The notes: generated by a model not told the origin, from the letters alone. Shown: positions 20,698-30,651, numbered from the stretch's first letter. The stretch is DNA of 64,000 bases from an uncultured delta proteobacterium (GCA_963806225.1 CAWDXG010000004.1:448001-512000); one strand, 5' to 3'. Made by a program: numbers and translations.

Positions 20698-22033
20698 GCT
20701 CGCCCCAGGCCGGCGTGACGCATGCCGCAAGAGCGCGTCCCAGCGCACCGGAGAGCGCCTGCGGCGTCTCCTCGTCGAACAAGAATCCAGTGCCGGTCTC
20801 CAGGTGTGCGTCGCAATCGATCACGGTATCGACGATTCCGCCGGTGGCGTGCGCGACAGGCACCGCGCCGTAGCGCTGCGCCACGAGCTGCGACATGCCG
20901 CAGGGCTCGTGGCGGGACGGCACGAGCACGATGTCCGCGGCGGCGTAGATCCGGTGGACCAGCGCGTCGTCGGGATCCTCGACGAAGGCGTAGCGATCGG
21001 CATAGCGGGATTTCGCGGAAGCCAGCCGCTTCGCCAGCGTCGCCTGACCCTGACCAGCCACCACGAGCGCCAGGTCGTTCTTCAGGATGGCAGGCAGCGC
21101 GGAGAGCACGAGGTCGAAGCCCGCAGGTTTCGACAGCTCGCCCACGGCGGCGACCAGCGGACGATCGACTTCCAGCTCCAGCCCGAGCTCGCCGAGCAGC
21201 GCCGATTTCGAGCGGCCCTTGTTGGAAGTGTCCTCGGCATCGTAGCGGCTCACGATGGCAGGATCCGTCGCCGGATTGTGGATCGCGTAGTCGATGCCAT
21301 CGCAGATGCCGATGAGCGTCTTGTCGCCGAGCACCTGGGCCAGCGCACCGGCGCGCTCTTCCGTCTGCATCTCGCGGGCATAGCCCGGCGATACCGTGGT
21401 GATGGCGTCGGCGAACATCACGCCGCCCTTGAGCGCGTTGACGCGCGTGCCGAGCTTGACGCCCTCGGCCGTGTTCAGCTCTCGCGGGACACCCAGCGCC
21501 TCCAGCTCCTTGCTCGAGAAGCTGCCCTGCCGCGTCACGTCGTGGATGGTCAGCACGCTCGGCACGGCGGGACCCGGAGTGCGGCGCAATGCCACGGGCA
21601 CGAGAGCCGCGGGCCAATCGTGCAGATGCAGCACGTCGAACGCCTGCCCCTGCCCTGCTCGCTGCCGCACCAGCGCAGCGGCCGCCTGGCAGAGCAGCCC
21701 GAACCGCTTGGCGTTGTCCGCGTAGTCCTTGCCACCTTCGCCGTACACGCCGGGCCGGTCGTACAGGACCGGCGCGTCGAACAGAACCAAGCCGACGCCC
21801 GACGAAAGCTGTCCGTCGAAGACCGTCACCTCGCCGCCACCCGGCAACGGCAGCGGCGTCAGGCGGCGCGCGACCAGCAACCCCGATGCCTCGAAGCCCG
21901 GGTAGCGGGGCGCCGCAATGGTCACGTCGTGACCCAGTTGCCGCAGTGCCTTGCCGAGAGCGCCGACCGAATCGGCGGCAGCGCTCTCCCGAACGTAGGG
22001 GCCGAGCTCGGCCGCAACCATGAGGATGTCCAT
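20597..22033 (-). CDS. glgA: Glycogen synthase-like GT5 protein with degenerate active site
   Basis: HLHDW, TIHD, LKGG, TTVSP.YA, PSRHEPCG..QL, TGGIVDTV; KTGGL and R/K phosphate residues absent. Confidence 0.85.
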   Translation of the reverse strand: MDILMVAAELGPYVRESAAADSVGALGKALRQLGHDVTIAAPRYPGFEASGLLVARRLTPLPLPGGGEVTVFDGQLSSGVGLVLFDAPVLYDRPGVYGEGGKDYADNAKRFGLLCQAAAALVRQRAGQGQAFDVLHLHDWPAALVPVALRRTPGPAVPSVLTIHDVTRQGSFSSKELEALGVPRELNTAEGVKLGTRVNALKGGVMFADAITTVSPGYAREMQTEERAGALAQVLGDKTLIGICDGIDYAIHNPATDPAIVSRYDAEDTSNKGRSKSALLGELGLELEVDRPLVAAVGELSKPAGFDLVLSALPAILKNDLALVVAGQGQATLAKRLASAKSRYADRYAFVEDPDDALVHRIYAAADIVLVPSRHEPCGMSQLVAQRYGAVPVAHATGGIVDTVIDCDAHLETGTGFLFDEETPQALSGALGRALAACVTPAWGELRRRMMRLDLGWDRPARRYVQVFRQTIGATAAA

Positions 22034-22196
22034 CGAGGCGTGCGTACCACAGCCCGGCGATCCCGTTCAGCACCTTCGAGAAGAGCTCGCCCAGGCTTCG
22101 GGCGCGCTGGCCGCCTCCGGCCGTCTCCGGTCGCCGATTCCAGTGATACTGCACGTTCGGTCTGGCAACGAGCTGGGGACCTGTTAGAAACGCGCG

Positions 22197-23090
22197 ATGG
22201 ACGAACTGGTCGCCAAGGCAGCGATCCTCCACGAAGCGCTGCCGTACATCCAGCGCTTCCACGGGCGCACGTTCGTCGTCAAGTACGGCGGGCACGCCAT
22301 GGTCGACGACGCCCTCAAGGAGGGATTCGCGCGGGATGTCTGCCTGCTTCGCTACGTCGGCATCCAGGTCGTCGTCGTGCATGGCGGAGGGCCGCAGATC
22401 AGCCGCACCCTGGAGCGCATGGGGATCAAGTCGGCGTTCTCGGGTGGCCTGCGCATCACGGACGACGAGACGATGGACGTCGTCGAGATGGTGCTCGGCG
22501 GCGGCGTGAACCAGAATATCGTCGGACTGATCTGCAAACACGGAGGACGCGGTGTCGGACTCTCCGGCAAAGACGACCATTTCATCCGCGCCGAGCGACT
22601 CGAGCACGTGCCGGGACACAGCGAAGAGGGCGCGCCGGTGATGGTCGACCTCGGGCGCGTCGGGCGCATCGCCCATGTCAATCCGGGCGTCGTGCGCGAC
22701 CTGATGTCGAACGGCTTCATTCCGGTCATCGCCCCGATCGGCGTCGATGAAGCCGGCAACGCACTGAACGTGAACGCGGACACCGCAGCAGGCAGGGTCG
22801 CGGCGGCCCTGGGCGCGGCCAAGCTGGTGCTCATGACCGATGTGGAGGGCGTGAAGGACGCCTCCAGCGAGCTGGTGAGGTCGCTCCGCGCCCGCGAGGC
22901 CGAAGAGCTCATCTCCGGCAAGGTGATCAGCGGCGGCATGATCCCGAAGGTGCGCTGTGCTCTCGCAGCCGTGGACGAGGGCGTCGAGAAAGTCCACATC
23001 ATCGACGGCCGGCGGCGCCATGCCCTGCTGCTCGAGATCTTCACCGACAAGGGCGTCGGAACGGAGATCCAGCGCCTCGACGGACCCTAG
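22197..23090 (+). CDS. argB: Acetylglutamate kinase
   Basis: EALPYI, VVKYGGHAM, VHGGGPQI, NVNAD, GGMIPK. Confidence 0.96.
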   Translation: MDELVAKAAILHEALPYIQRFHGRTFVVKYGGHAMVDDALKEGFARDVCLLRYVGIQVVVVHGGGPQISRTLERMGIKSAFSGGLRITDDETMDVVEMVLGGGVNQNIVGLICKHGGRGVGLSGKDDHFIRAERLEHVPGHSEEGAPVMVDLGRVGRIAHVNPGVVRDLMSNGFIPVIAPIGVDEAGNALNVNADTAAGRVAAALGAAKLVLMTDVEGVKDASSELVRSLRAREAEELISGKVISGGMIPKVRCALAAVDEGVEKVHIIDGRRRHALLLEIFTDKGVGTEIQRLDGP

Positions 23091-23092
23091 CG

Positions 23093-24040
23093 ATGGCGAC
23101 CAGCAGCGAACCCGCGGCAAAGCCGAGCGTCCTGGTCGTCGACGACGATGCGCCGACCCGGCTCCTGATCACGCGCTGGATCGAGAAAGCCGGTTTCGAG
23201 GTGGTGCAGGCCGAGGATGGGCTCGGCGCGCTGCGACAACTCGAGAGCGAGCCGGCCCGCTTTGCCGTGATCGTGCTCGACGTGATGATGCCCGGGCTCG
23301 ACGGCTTCGAAGTGCTCTCCCGGATGAAGGAAAACCCGCTCATCGCCTCGGTTCCCGTGGTGCTCTTGACGGCCCACGCCAACGACGAGCACGACGTGGT
23401 ACGCGGGATCGAGTCCGGCGCCGTCTATCATCTGGAAAAGCCCTTCAGCGGTCCTGTTCTGGTGGGGCGCATCCGGTCGCTGTGGGAGCGCAGGCAGAAG
23501 GACCTGGAGCTCGCCGAGCAGCTCGCCGATGCGAAGGCCCTGGCGATGACCGATCAGCTGACGGCGCTGTCGAACCGGCGGGCCTTCGACGAGCAACTCG
23601 AGCGGGAAACAAGCTTCACCGCACGGCACAAGCAGCCGCTAGCACTGCTGCTCATCGACCTCGACCACTTCAAGTCGATCAACGACTTGTTCGGGCACCC
23701 GGCGGGTGACACCGTGCTTTCGTACTTCGCGGACCAGCTCCGAGCAACGCTCCGCCGATCGGACCACGCCTACCGCATCGGCGGAGAGGAATTCGCGGTG
23801 TTGCTCCGCGACACGGATTTCCAGCGGGCGCTGGCGGCCGCCGAGCGGCTGCGGCAGGCCCTCGCCGGTGCGCCCGTCGAACTGGACGGCGACCATCGCG
23901 TCGTGACTTTCAGCGCCGGCGTGGCGGCGGCGGACGGATCCAATGCGTTCGCAACCGCTCGCCTGCTCGAGCGCGCCGACGACGCGCTGTACCGGGCCAA
24001 GCGTGGGGGGCGCGACCGCACGGAACGGGAACCGGAGTGA
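23093..24040 (+). CDS. REC-GGDEF diguanylate cyclase
   Basis: Receiver; DLDHFKSINDLFGH; RRSD I-site then RIGGEEF. Confidence 0.93.
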   Translation: MATSSEPAAKPSVLVVDDDAPTRLLITRWIEKAGFEVVQAEDGLGALRQLESEPARFAVIVLDVMMPGLDGFEVLSRMKENPLIASVPVVLLTAHANDEHDVVRGIESGAVYHLEKPFSGPVLVGRIRSLWERRQKDLELAEQLADAKALAMTDQLTALSNRRAFDEQLERETSFTARHKQPLALLLIDLDHFKSINDLFGHPAGDTVLSYFADQLRATLRRSDHAYRIGGEEFAVLLRDTDFQRALAAAERLRQALAGAPVELDGDHRVVTFSAGVAAADGSNAFATARLLERADDALYRAKRGGRDRTEREPE

Positions 24041-25075
24041 ACGCCGACGTGTCCGACGAGCCGGAGCTCGATACGACCCGACGAGGCTCCGGCCGACGCC
24101 ATCGTGCGCGTGTTCCGCGTCGCACCCGAACACGCGAAAATGCGTGTGGACGTCTTCCTGCAGTCGCAGCTCCGCAACACCAGCCGTACCCGTGCACGGG
24201 CGATCGTGGAACGGAGTGCTTTTTCGCCCGACGGTCGCCGGCTCAGGCCGAGCGAACGCCTCCACGCCGAGGATCGCGTCGTCTTGTGGCGGGCTCCGCT
24301 CGAAGAGGACGAGCCGAGCGGCGACATCCCGATCCTGTACGAGGACGACCACCTGCTGGTGGTCGACAAGCCGCCGCTGGTCACCGTCCACCCCACGGCG
24401 CGCTATCACAGAAGCACCCTCATCGAGCAGCTCAAACGCGACCGGCCGGGTGAATACCTGTCGCTCGTGCATCGCCTCGATCGCGAAACAAGCGGGATTG
24501 TGCTCGTAGCCCGGTCGCCTGAAGCCGATCGCGCATTCAAGCGTATCCTGGAGGACAGGTCCGTGGCGCTCGCCGACGAACGCGCGGGGCGACGCAGCGC
24601 TCCTCCGCTCGGCAAGACGTATCTCGCCATCACCTGGTCGGCGCCGCCCGCGGGCACGATCGACCTGCCGCTCGAGCCGGACGTGGACAATCCCCTGCGC
24701 GTCAAGATGCGCGTGGCGGAACCGGGCACGGGACTGGAAGCCCGCACGGGCGTGGAGGTGCTGGAGCGCCGAACAGGATACGCGCTGGTGCGTTGCGAGC
24801 TCTTCACCGGGCGGCAGCACCAGATCCGGGTGCACCTGGCCGCGCTGGGCTGCCCCGTGGTCGGCGACAAGCTCTACGGCCCGGACGAACGGATGCTTGC
24901 GCGCAGTGCCGACGGCGAGCTCCGTAAAGAAGACCTCGCGCGCCTGGAGCTGCCGAGACACGCCCTGCACGCGCACCGCTACCGGATCAAGCACGCCTTG
25001 TCGGGCCAGCAGCTCTTGCTGGAGTCGCCGCTGCCGGAGGATCTGGCGCGCTTCTGGGCGGAACGCGCGAGGTGA
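24037..25075 (+). CDS. RluA/RluD-family pseudouridine synthase (probable 5' frameshift near 24075; main ORF from 24104)
   Basis: ILYEDDHLLVVDKP, HRLDRETSG, TGRQHQIRVH, GDKLYG, ALHA. Confidence 0.9.
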
Positions 25076-25078
25076 GGT

Positions 25079-25612
25079 TCAGTCCGTGCCGGCGTCGCTC
25101 GCGCCGGCAGAGCCGCCCGTGCCGGCAGAGCCGCCCGTGCCGCCCGTGCCGCCGGAGCCGCCCGTGCCGCCGGAGCCGCCCGTGCCGCCGGAGCCGCCCG
25201 TGCCGCCGGAGCCGATGCCGCCATCCGGACAACCCGCCGGCGCGGTGCCGGTCAGAGCCGTCACGATGCAGGGACTGCTCTTGAAATCGCTGCAGCTCGT
25301 GTACTTGCCGATGAAGTCCGCACAGGCCGCGATGCTGCCCTGGTCGTACTGCAGGCACGTCTCGGCGCCCGCCGGGCGGATGTAGTCCGGACACGAGTAC
25401 GACGCGGCACCGCAGTGGAGCCTGTTCGAAGCCTTCGAGAGCGCCGCGGTGTAGTCCTTGCAGGCCTTCGCTTCGGAGACCGCCTGGCCGTCGCCTTTGG
25501 GTTGGAAGGCGCCCGGAGGCGCAGCGACGACATCGCCGGTGTCCGGCGAAGTAGTGCAGGCTCCGGCAACCAGACAGGCCGCGACGAGCACCCAGCGAGC
25601 GGGACGGATCAT
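25079..25612 (-). CDS. Cys-rich lipoprotein with Gly-rich tail
   Basis: Lipobox AGAC; 8 further Cys; GGTGGS repeats. Confidence 0.75.
   Translation of the reverse strand: MIRPARWVLVAACLVAGACTTSPDTGDVVAAPPGAFQPKGDGQAVSEAKACKDYTAALSKASNRLHCGAASYSCPDYIRPAGAETCLQYDQGSIAACADFIGKYTSCSDFKSSPCIVTALTGTAPAGCPDGGIGSGGTGGSGGTGGSGGTGGSGGTGGTGGSAGTGGSAGASDAGTD
25105..25213. repeat. 18-bp coding tandem repeat (GGSGGT)
   Basis: CCGCCCGTGCCGCCGGAG and variants, about 6 units. Confidence 0.9.
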
Positions 25613-25748
25613 GCGGAACAGTTCCTCCACGACACTGCCGGCATCCTAACCTCCCGCTCCCGCGCTCTGCACGCCCATTTTCGCGAAGTCGACCCACCCC
25701 CGGGGTCCCTGGTTGACGGCGCTCCCGGCAGGCGATACGCGCCTTTGC

Positions 25749-26342
25749 ATGCCGATCCGCCGCGCTCTGCTCTCCGTATCCGACAAGACCGGGCTCGTCG
25801 AGTTCGCCAGGGCGCTCGCTTCGCACGAGGTGGCGCTGCTGTCGACCGGCGGCACCTACCGCGCCCTCGCGGACGCCGGCATACCCGTCGAGACGGTGGA
25901 GAGCTACACCGGCTCGCCAGAGGTCATGAACGGGCGCGTCAAGACGCTGCACCCGAAGGTCCACGGCGCCCTCCTGGCTCGTAAAGGCGTCGACGACAAG
26001 GACCTCGAACGCATCGGCGCGCAGCCCATCGATCTGGTGGTCGTCAACCTCTACCCCTTCGAACAGACGCTGGCGCGCGGCGACGCGAGCTTCGACGACC
26101 TGATCGAGAACATCGATATCGGCGGTCCCAGCATGCTGCGCTCCGCCGCGAAGAACCACGCGCGCGTCACGGTCGTCTGCGATCCCGCCGACTACGCCGA
26201 TGTGCTCGACGAGATCGCGCAGCAGGGCGGAGTCAGCTCCGGCACCCGGCGGCGCCTCGCCGCGAAGGTCTTCGCGCGCACCGCGGCGTACGATACCGCC
26301 ATCGCAACCTGGCTCGGCTCGGTGGTCGCAAAGGGCGCATAG
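25749..26342 (+). CDS. purH: PurH N-terminal IMP cyclohydrolase domain only
   Basis: [40 protein letters not shown]; stop after 197 aa, no transformylase domain follows. Confidence 0.88.
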   Translation: MPIRRALLSVSDKTGLVEFARALASHEVALLSTGGTYRALADAGIPVETVESYTGSPEVMNGRVKTLHPKVHGALLARKGVDDKDLERIGAQPIDLVVVNLYPFEQTLARGDASFDDLIENIDIGGPSMLRSAAKNHARVTVVCDPADYADVLDEIAQQGGVSSGTRRRLAAKVFARTAAYDTAIATWLGSVVAKGA

Positions 26343-26491
26343 CCCGCCCTGGACGCCAACTGCCGTCGTTTCCGCGAGGCGCGCTCCGGGCGCCTGCGCC
26401 AGGGGTGCAGGAACTTGGCCCTCCCGCTCGGCCCGTGCCATGCGGGAGGGGCGCGCTTCGATAACCACTTCCGGGGCGCGCGGACGGTGGC

Positions 26492-27763
26492 ATGAGCGCG
26501 ACAACGGAAAGCTGCACCATCTGCGGGACCGGTTTCGAGGTCCACTTCAGCTATCAAGCCGAAGAGCGCGTCGAACGCGACGAGCACGGCCATCTCCAGG
26601 CCCGTTCGATGTACTTCTGCTCGCAGCGCTGCCTGGAGAAGAGCCACGAGGGCGGACGCGACGGCACCGTGAGCTGCGATGCGTGCCGGGCGGCCTTCCG
26701 CGTCGTGCTCGCATCGCAGGTCGTGTTCACGCGCGGACGCCGGCGCTACGCCTGCTCGCCCGGGTGCCGGAGCCGCATCCTCGCCGGAGCCGACACTGCG
26801 CGCCTCGGCAGCGCGTTCGCGCCCGACGCCCCCGAAGCGCAGCCCGAGGCCGGGATGCCGGCGGTGCTCGACCCGGATCGCGCCACGCGGCCGCCCCCGG
26901 CACAAGCCCGGGCGACCGCCGCCGTCACCTCGATCGGCGCGCGGCGCAGGCCTGAGCCCGCGGGCGAGACGCCGCAGGTCCTGGCTGTCTTCAACCACAA
27001 GGGCGGCACGGGCAAGACCACCACTGCGGTCACACTGGCGGCAGGACTCGCTTCCCGAGGACGCAGCGTGCTGCTGGTCGACACCGACGGCCAGGGCAAC
27101 GTCGCCGCTTCGCTGGGGCTCGAGAGCGACCGTTCGCTCTACCACGTGCTGGTCATGGGCCTGCCATTCGGCGACGCCGTACAGAGCGCCCTGCCCGGCC
27201 TCGATGTGCTACCGGCCAACGAGACACTGGCTGCCGCGGAGCTCTACCTCGCGGGCCGGAAGAACCGTGACCGCGTGCTGTCTTCCCGGCTCGACGACGC
27301 TCGCGGAGCCTACGATCACATCGTCGTCGACTGCTCGCCGAGCCTGTCGTTGATGAACCAGAACGCGCTGGTCTTCGCCGATGCCGTGTTGTGCCCGGTC
27401 GCCTGCGACTACCTCTCGCTGATGGGCGTGCGCCAGGTACTCCGGACGATCAAACAGGTCAACAAGCTCCTGTCGCGCCCGGTCCGGCTCTGGGGCGTGC
27501 TTCCCACGTTGTTCGACGCACGCGCGCGCATCTGTCACGAGGCGCTCGACACCCTGAAGGAGCACTTCGGCGAGCGTTGCTTTTCGCCGATACACATGGC
27601 GATCAAGGTCAAGGAAGCGCCTTCACAAGGCAAAACGCTGCTCGACTACGCGCCGGGCTCCACCGCGGCATGCGACTACCTCGAGGTCGTCGATGCGCTG
27701 ATTCCAGAACACGGCGCGGGCAGGCAGCCCGCGCTAGCGGCGACTGCAGGAGGTATCGGGTGA
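26492..27763 (+). CDS. ParA/Soj-family ATPase with two N-terminal TRASH/YHS-like Cys fingers
   Basis: CTIC..YFCSQRC and CDAC..YACSPGC; NHKGGTGKTT, VDTDGQGN, VDCSP. Confidence 0.88.
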   Translation: MSATTESCTICGTGFEVHFSYQAEERVERDEHGHLQARSMYFCSQRCLEKSHEGGRDGTVSCDACRAAFRVVLASQVVFTRGRRRYACSPGCRSRILAGADTARLGSAFAPDAPEAQPEAGMPAVLDPDRATRPPPAQARATAAVTSIGARRRPEPAGETPQVLAVFNHKGGTGKTTTAVTLAAGLASRGRSVLLVDTDGQGNVAASLGLESDRSLYHVLVMGLPFGDAVQSALPGLDVLPANETLAAAELYLAGRKNRDRVLSSRLDDARGAYDHIVVDCSPSLSLMNQNALVFADAVLCPVACDYLSLMGVRQVLRTIKQVNKLLSRPVRLWGVLPTLFDARARICHEALDTLKEHFGERCFSPIHMAIKVKEAPSQGKTLLDYAPGSTAACDYLEVVDALIPEHGAGRQPALAATAGGIG

Positions 27764-28071
27764 GCAATCGGGACGACTTCAGACAGGCTGCGGCCAGGAT
27801 CCTCGACCCCGACGAGGTCGAGGGAGTGCTGTCCAACAACTTCTACTCGGCCAACGACCCGCCCCGACCGGTCACTCCGGTCCCCGCCGCGCCGAAGAAG
27901 CCGACGCACTACAAGGTCATCTGCATCTCCATGTACACCGCCGACCTCGAACGCCTCGACCGGATGGTCGATACGCTGAAGGCCCGGGGGCTCACGAAAG
28001 CGAACCGCAGCGCTCTGATCCGGTTTGCGCTCGGCGAAGTCGATCTGGATCGCGTGCCTCGGGGGATGTAG
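27760..28071 (+). CDS. Small ribbon-helix-helix-like protein
   Basis: GTGA overlap with ParA stop; KVICISMY strand, helix, NRSALIRFAL helix. Confidence 0.7.
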   Translation: MSNRDDFRQAAARILDPDEVEGVLSNNFYSANDPPRPVTPVPAAPKKPTHYKVICISMYTADLERLDRMVDTLKARGLTKANRSALIRFALGEVDLDRVPRGM

Positions 28072-28122
28072 GCCGGACAATCGCTTGCCGCCCACGCGCA
28101 GCCGACGCAGCATGCGCGCGGG

Positions 28123-29202
28123 ATGGCAGCCGTCAGCTACAGAAACCACCGATCCGACCCCAGCGCCTGGGCCGCGGAGCTCGGCATCTCGAAGGAGGCG
28201 GTCGAGCTGTACCTCGACAGCGACGTGATCGACCTTCACATCGACTCGTTCATCTGGAACCGGATCTTCGGCTACGACCTCGAGCGGCGCCACGGGCGCG
28301 GGCTACTGGGCGGCCGCGTCTACAGCCAGGTCGATTTCCCGCGTATTCTCGAAGCCGGCCTGAGCGGTGCCATCTGGGTGATCACGACCAATCCGCTCAG
28401 AAGCTCCGCCGGCCGGGCCCGCGCGTTCGTGAAGAATATCGCACGGCTCCGCGCCCTGTTCGCTGCCGTGCCCGATCAGTTCGAGCTGGTCACGAACGTC
28501 GCCGGCTACCGCGCAGCGCGCGCCGCGGGGCGACATGCCGCGTTCGTCGGCATCCAGGGTGGCAACGCCCTCGACCGCGATCTGGAAGCGCTGGATCTGA
28601 TCCCCGACCATCTCATCCTGCGCATCACGCTGGTGCACCTCACCTCGTCGAAAATCGGCTGCACCAGCTCGCCGATGCGACTGGGAGAGGACACGGGGCT
28701 CACCGATTTCGGCCGGGACTACGTGCGTCGCCTGGACGAAAAGAAGATCTTCGTGGACCTCGCCCACATCAGCAAACGCGGCTTCTGGGACGCGGTCTCG
28801 GAGCATGACCGCTCCCTGCCGCTCATCGTGACGCACACGGGCGTGTCCGGGGTGTACGAGCACTGGCGCAATCTGGATGACGATCAGCTCCGGGCGATCG
28901 CCGACACGGGCGGCACCATCGGCGTGATGTACCAGGCGAGCTTCCTCGGCGCCGGCAAGCAGGGCGACACCCCGGAGGCGGTCGTCCGCCACCTCCAGCA
29001 CATCGTCGACACGGTCGGAGAGGATCACGCTTCGCTCGGTAGCGACTGGGATGGCGCGATCACCCCGCCGCGCGAGCTCCGGAGCTGCGTCGAGCTTCCG
29101 AGGCTGGTCCAGCTGATGCTCGATCGCGGCTGGAAGCCCGGGCGTGTGAAGAAAGTACTCGCCCTGAACGCCCTCGGCACGATCGAGCTGATGCGAGGCT
29201 AG
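28123..29202 (+). CDS. M19 membrane (renal-type) dipeptidase
   Basis: IDLHID, TLVH, VDLAH, THTG, RNLDD, GSDWDG. Confidence 0.88.
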   Translation: MAAVSYRNHRSDPSAWAAELGISKEAVELYLDSDVIDLHIDSFIWNRIFGYDLERRHGRGLLGGRVYSQVDFPRILEAGLSGAIWVITTNPLRSSAGRARAFVKNIARLRALFAAVPDQFELVTNVAGYRAARAAGRHAAFVGIQGGNALDRDLEALDLIPDHLILRITLVHLTSSKIGCTSSPMRLGEDTGLTDFGRDYVRRLDEKKIFVDLAHISKRGFWDAVSEHDRSLPLIVTHTGVSGVYEHWRNLDDDQLRAIADTGGTIGVMYQASFLGAGKQGDTPEAVVRHLQHIVDTVGEDHASLGSDWDGAITPPRELRSCVELPRLVQLMLDRGWKPGRVKKVLALNALGTIELMRG

Positions 29203-29209
29203 ACCGGCC

Positions 29210-29893
29210 TCAGGCGTCGAGCTGATCGAAATCGAGTGCCGCGTCGAGCGCGCTGGCATCCGGAGCGGCGCCCGACTCGTCCTCGATCTCGCTTTCCTCT
29301 TCTTCTTCCTCTATCCCGAGCTCCGACTTCGACAGCTGCGGCAGACGCCGCTTGCCGACCGGGCCCTCGTCCACGTAGTCGCGCAGCGCCAGCATGTCGC
29401 GCAACGCCTCGAGCTTGGCCAGGGCCTTGACCTCCACCTGGCGGATACGTTCACGGGTCAAGTTCATGATCGCTCCAACGTCTTCCAGGGTCGTGCCGCC
29501 GCGGTCAGCCACGTCGAGCGCGCAGGATTCACCCATCTCCCAGACCTCCAGATCCGGGAAGTTCAGCTTGATAGCGCCCGTGCGCGGCGAGACATCGATG
29601 TACAGGTGGTACCTGCACGAGACGAACGGACAGGGTCGAGGTCCGTCGGCGCATTCCGCACGCGTCTTCGGCTTCCAATAGTCCGTTTCGGGGTAGAGCA
29701 GCCGCCCGAATTCGAGCTCGCGCTTCGTCATGCGCTTGACGCTGATGGTGCGTGCGCGCACCTCGCGCTTGCGCCTCGAGCGACGCTGCTCCCTGGTGAT
29801 CGGTTGGGCGTCCAGAGCCGTCGCCCCCTCGGTCTCCAGCCGAACTTCCTGTCCAGGTACCTCTTCCGCCGTGCTCTGCTTCTTCGAGTCCAT
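29210..29893 (-). CDS. Cys-rich protein with isolated sigma70 region 4 HTH
   Basis: [49 protein letters not shown]. Confidence 0.82.
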   Translation of the reverse strand: MDSKKQSTAEEVPGQEVRLETEGATALDAQPITREQRRSRRKREVRARTISVKRMTKRELEFGRLLYPETDYWKPKTRAECADGPRPCPFVSCRYHLYIDVSPRTGAIKLNFPDLEVWEMGESCALDVADRGGTTLEDVGAIMNLTRERIRQVEVKALAKLEALRDMLALRDYVDEGPVGKRRLPQLSKSELGIEEEEEESEIEDESGAAPDASALDAALDFDQLDA

Positions 29894-30135
29894 GCGCTGC
29901 CTCCGATTTTCGCCTTGCTCTGCCTGCACACGCACGATCCCTGTCGCGTCCGGGGTCCTGCCCCGAGCACGTCGGTACCGCCTGCTTTCCGTCCAGCGCC
30001 CGATTACTCGCCGAGCTGTCCAGCGACGACCTGGGCCGTCGCCTTTCGCTGTATTCGACAAGGTCTCAGGTCAGCTGCAATCTCCCCACGTCCAGCCGGC
30101 TTTCCGCCGGTTGATTCGAGCGAGCGCCGATCAGG

Positions 30136-30651
30136 TCACGAAGCCGCGACATGTTCGATCCTCGCCCGGGATGTAAGCCGGGTTTCAATGGCCACGAGTC
30201 GGGCCAGAAGGTCCTTGCTGAGCGTCCGGGCATCGCCGATCTCGCGGGCCACGGCTTCCGCCGTCGCCTCGCGGCGGCGTTCCTTCGCCACCTGGTCGAG
30301 CTTCCTGAAGATGCTGTCCAGGGTCTGCTCCAGCTGCTGCAGGTCGCTGCGCATGAACAGGAACTGGCGCTGGATCTGATCGATGGTGTAGCTCTCCGCC
30401 ATCATCTGCTTGATACGGAGGATCTGCCGCACGACGCCGACCGGGTAGACACCCTGCGACCCGCGATGCTTGCCCTTGCGCCCGACCCGCACGCTGCGCG
30501 GCAGGAGACCGAGCTGCACGTACTTGCGGAGCGTCGCCTCGGACAGGGCGATATCGTGGGTGGCGAACACGTCGAGGATTTCGGCCGAGGTCAGACCGGC
30601 TGCGTGCTTCTTCTCGATCCGCGCCAGCGTTGCCTCGTTGATGCCGCTCAT
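30136..30651 (-). CDS. MerR-like HTH regulator with coiled coil
   Basis: SEATLRKYVQLGLLP..YP..ILRIKQMM..YTIDQI. Confidence 0.8.
   Translation of the reverse strand: MSGINEATLARIEKKHAAGLTSAEILDVFATHDIALSEATLRKYVQLGLLPRSVRVGRKGKHRGSQGVYPVGVVRQILRIKQMMAESYTIDQIQRQFLFMRSDLQQLEQTLDSIFRKLDQVAKERRREATAEAVAREIGDARTLSKDLLARLVAIETRLTSRARIEHVAAS

Noticed and set aside
25650..25748. ZMP/ZTP riboswitch upstream of purH
   Set aside because: Could not find the conserved elements or pseudoknot pairing by eye
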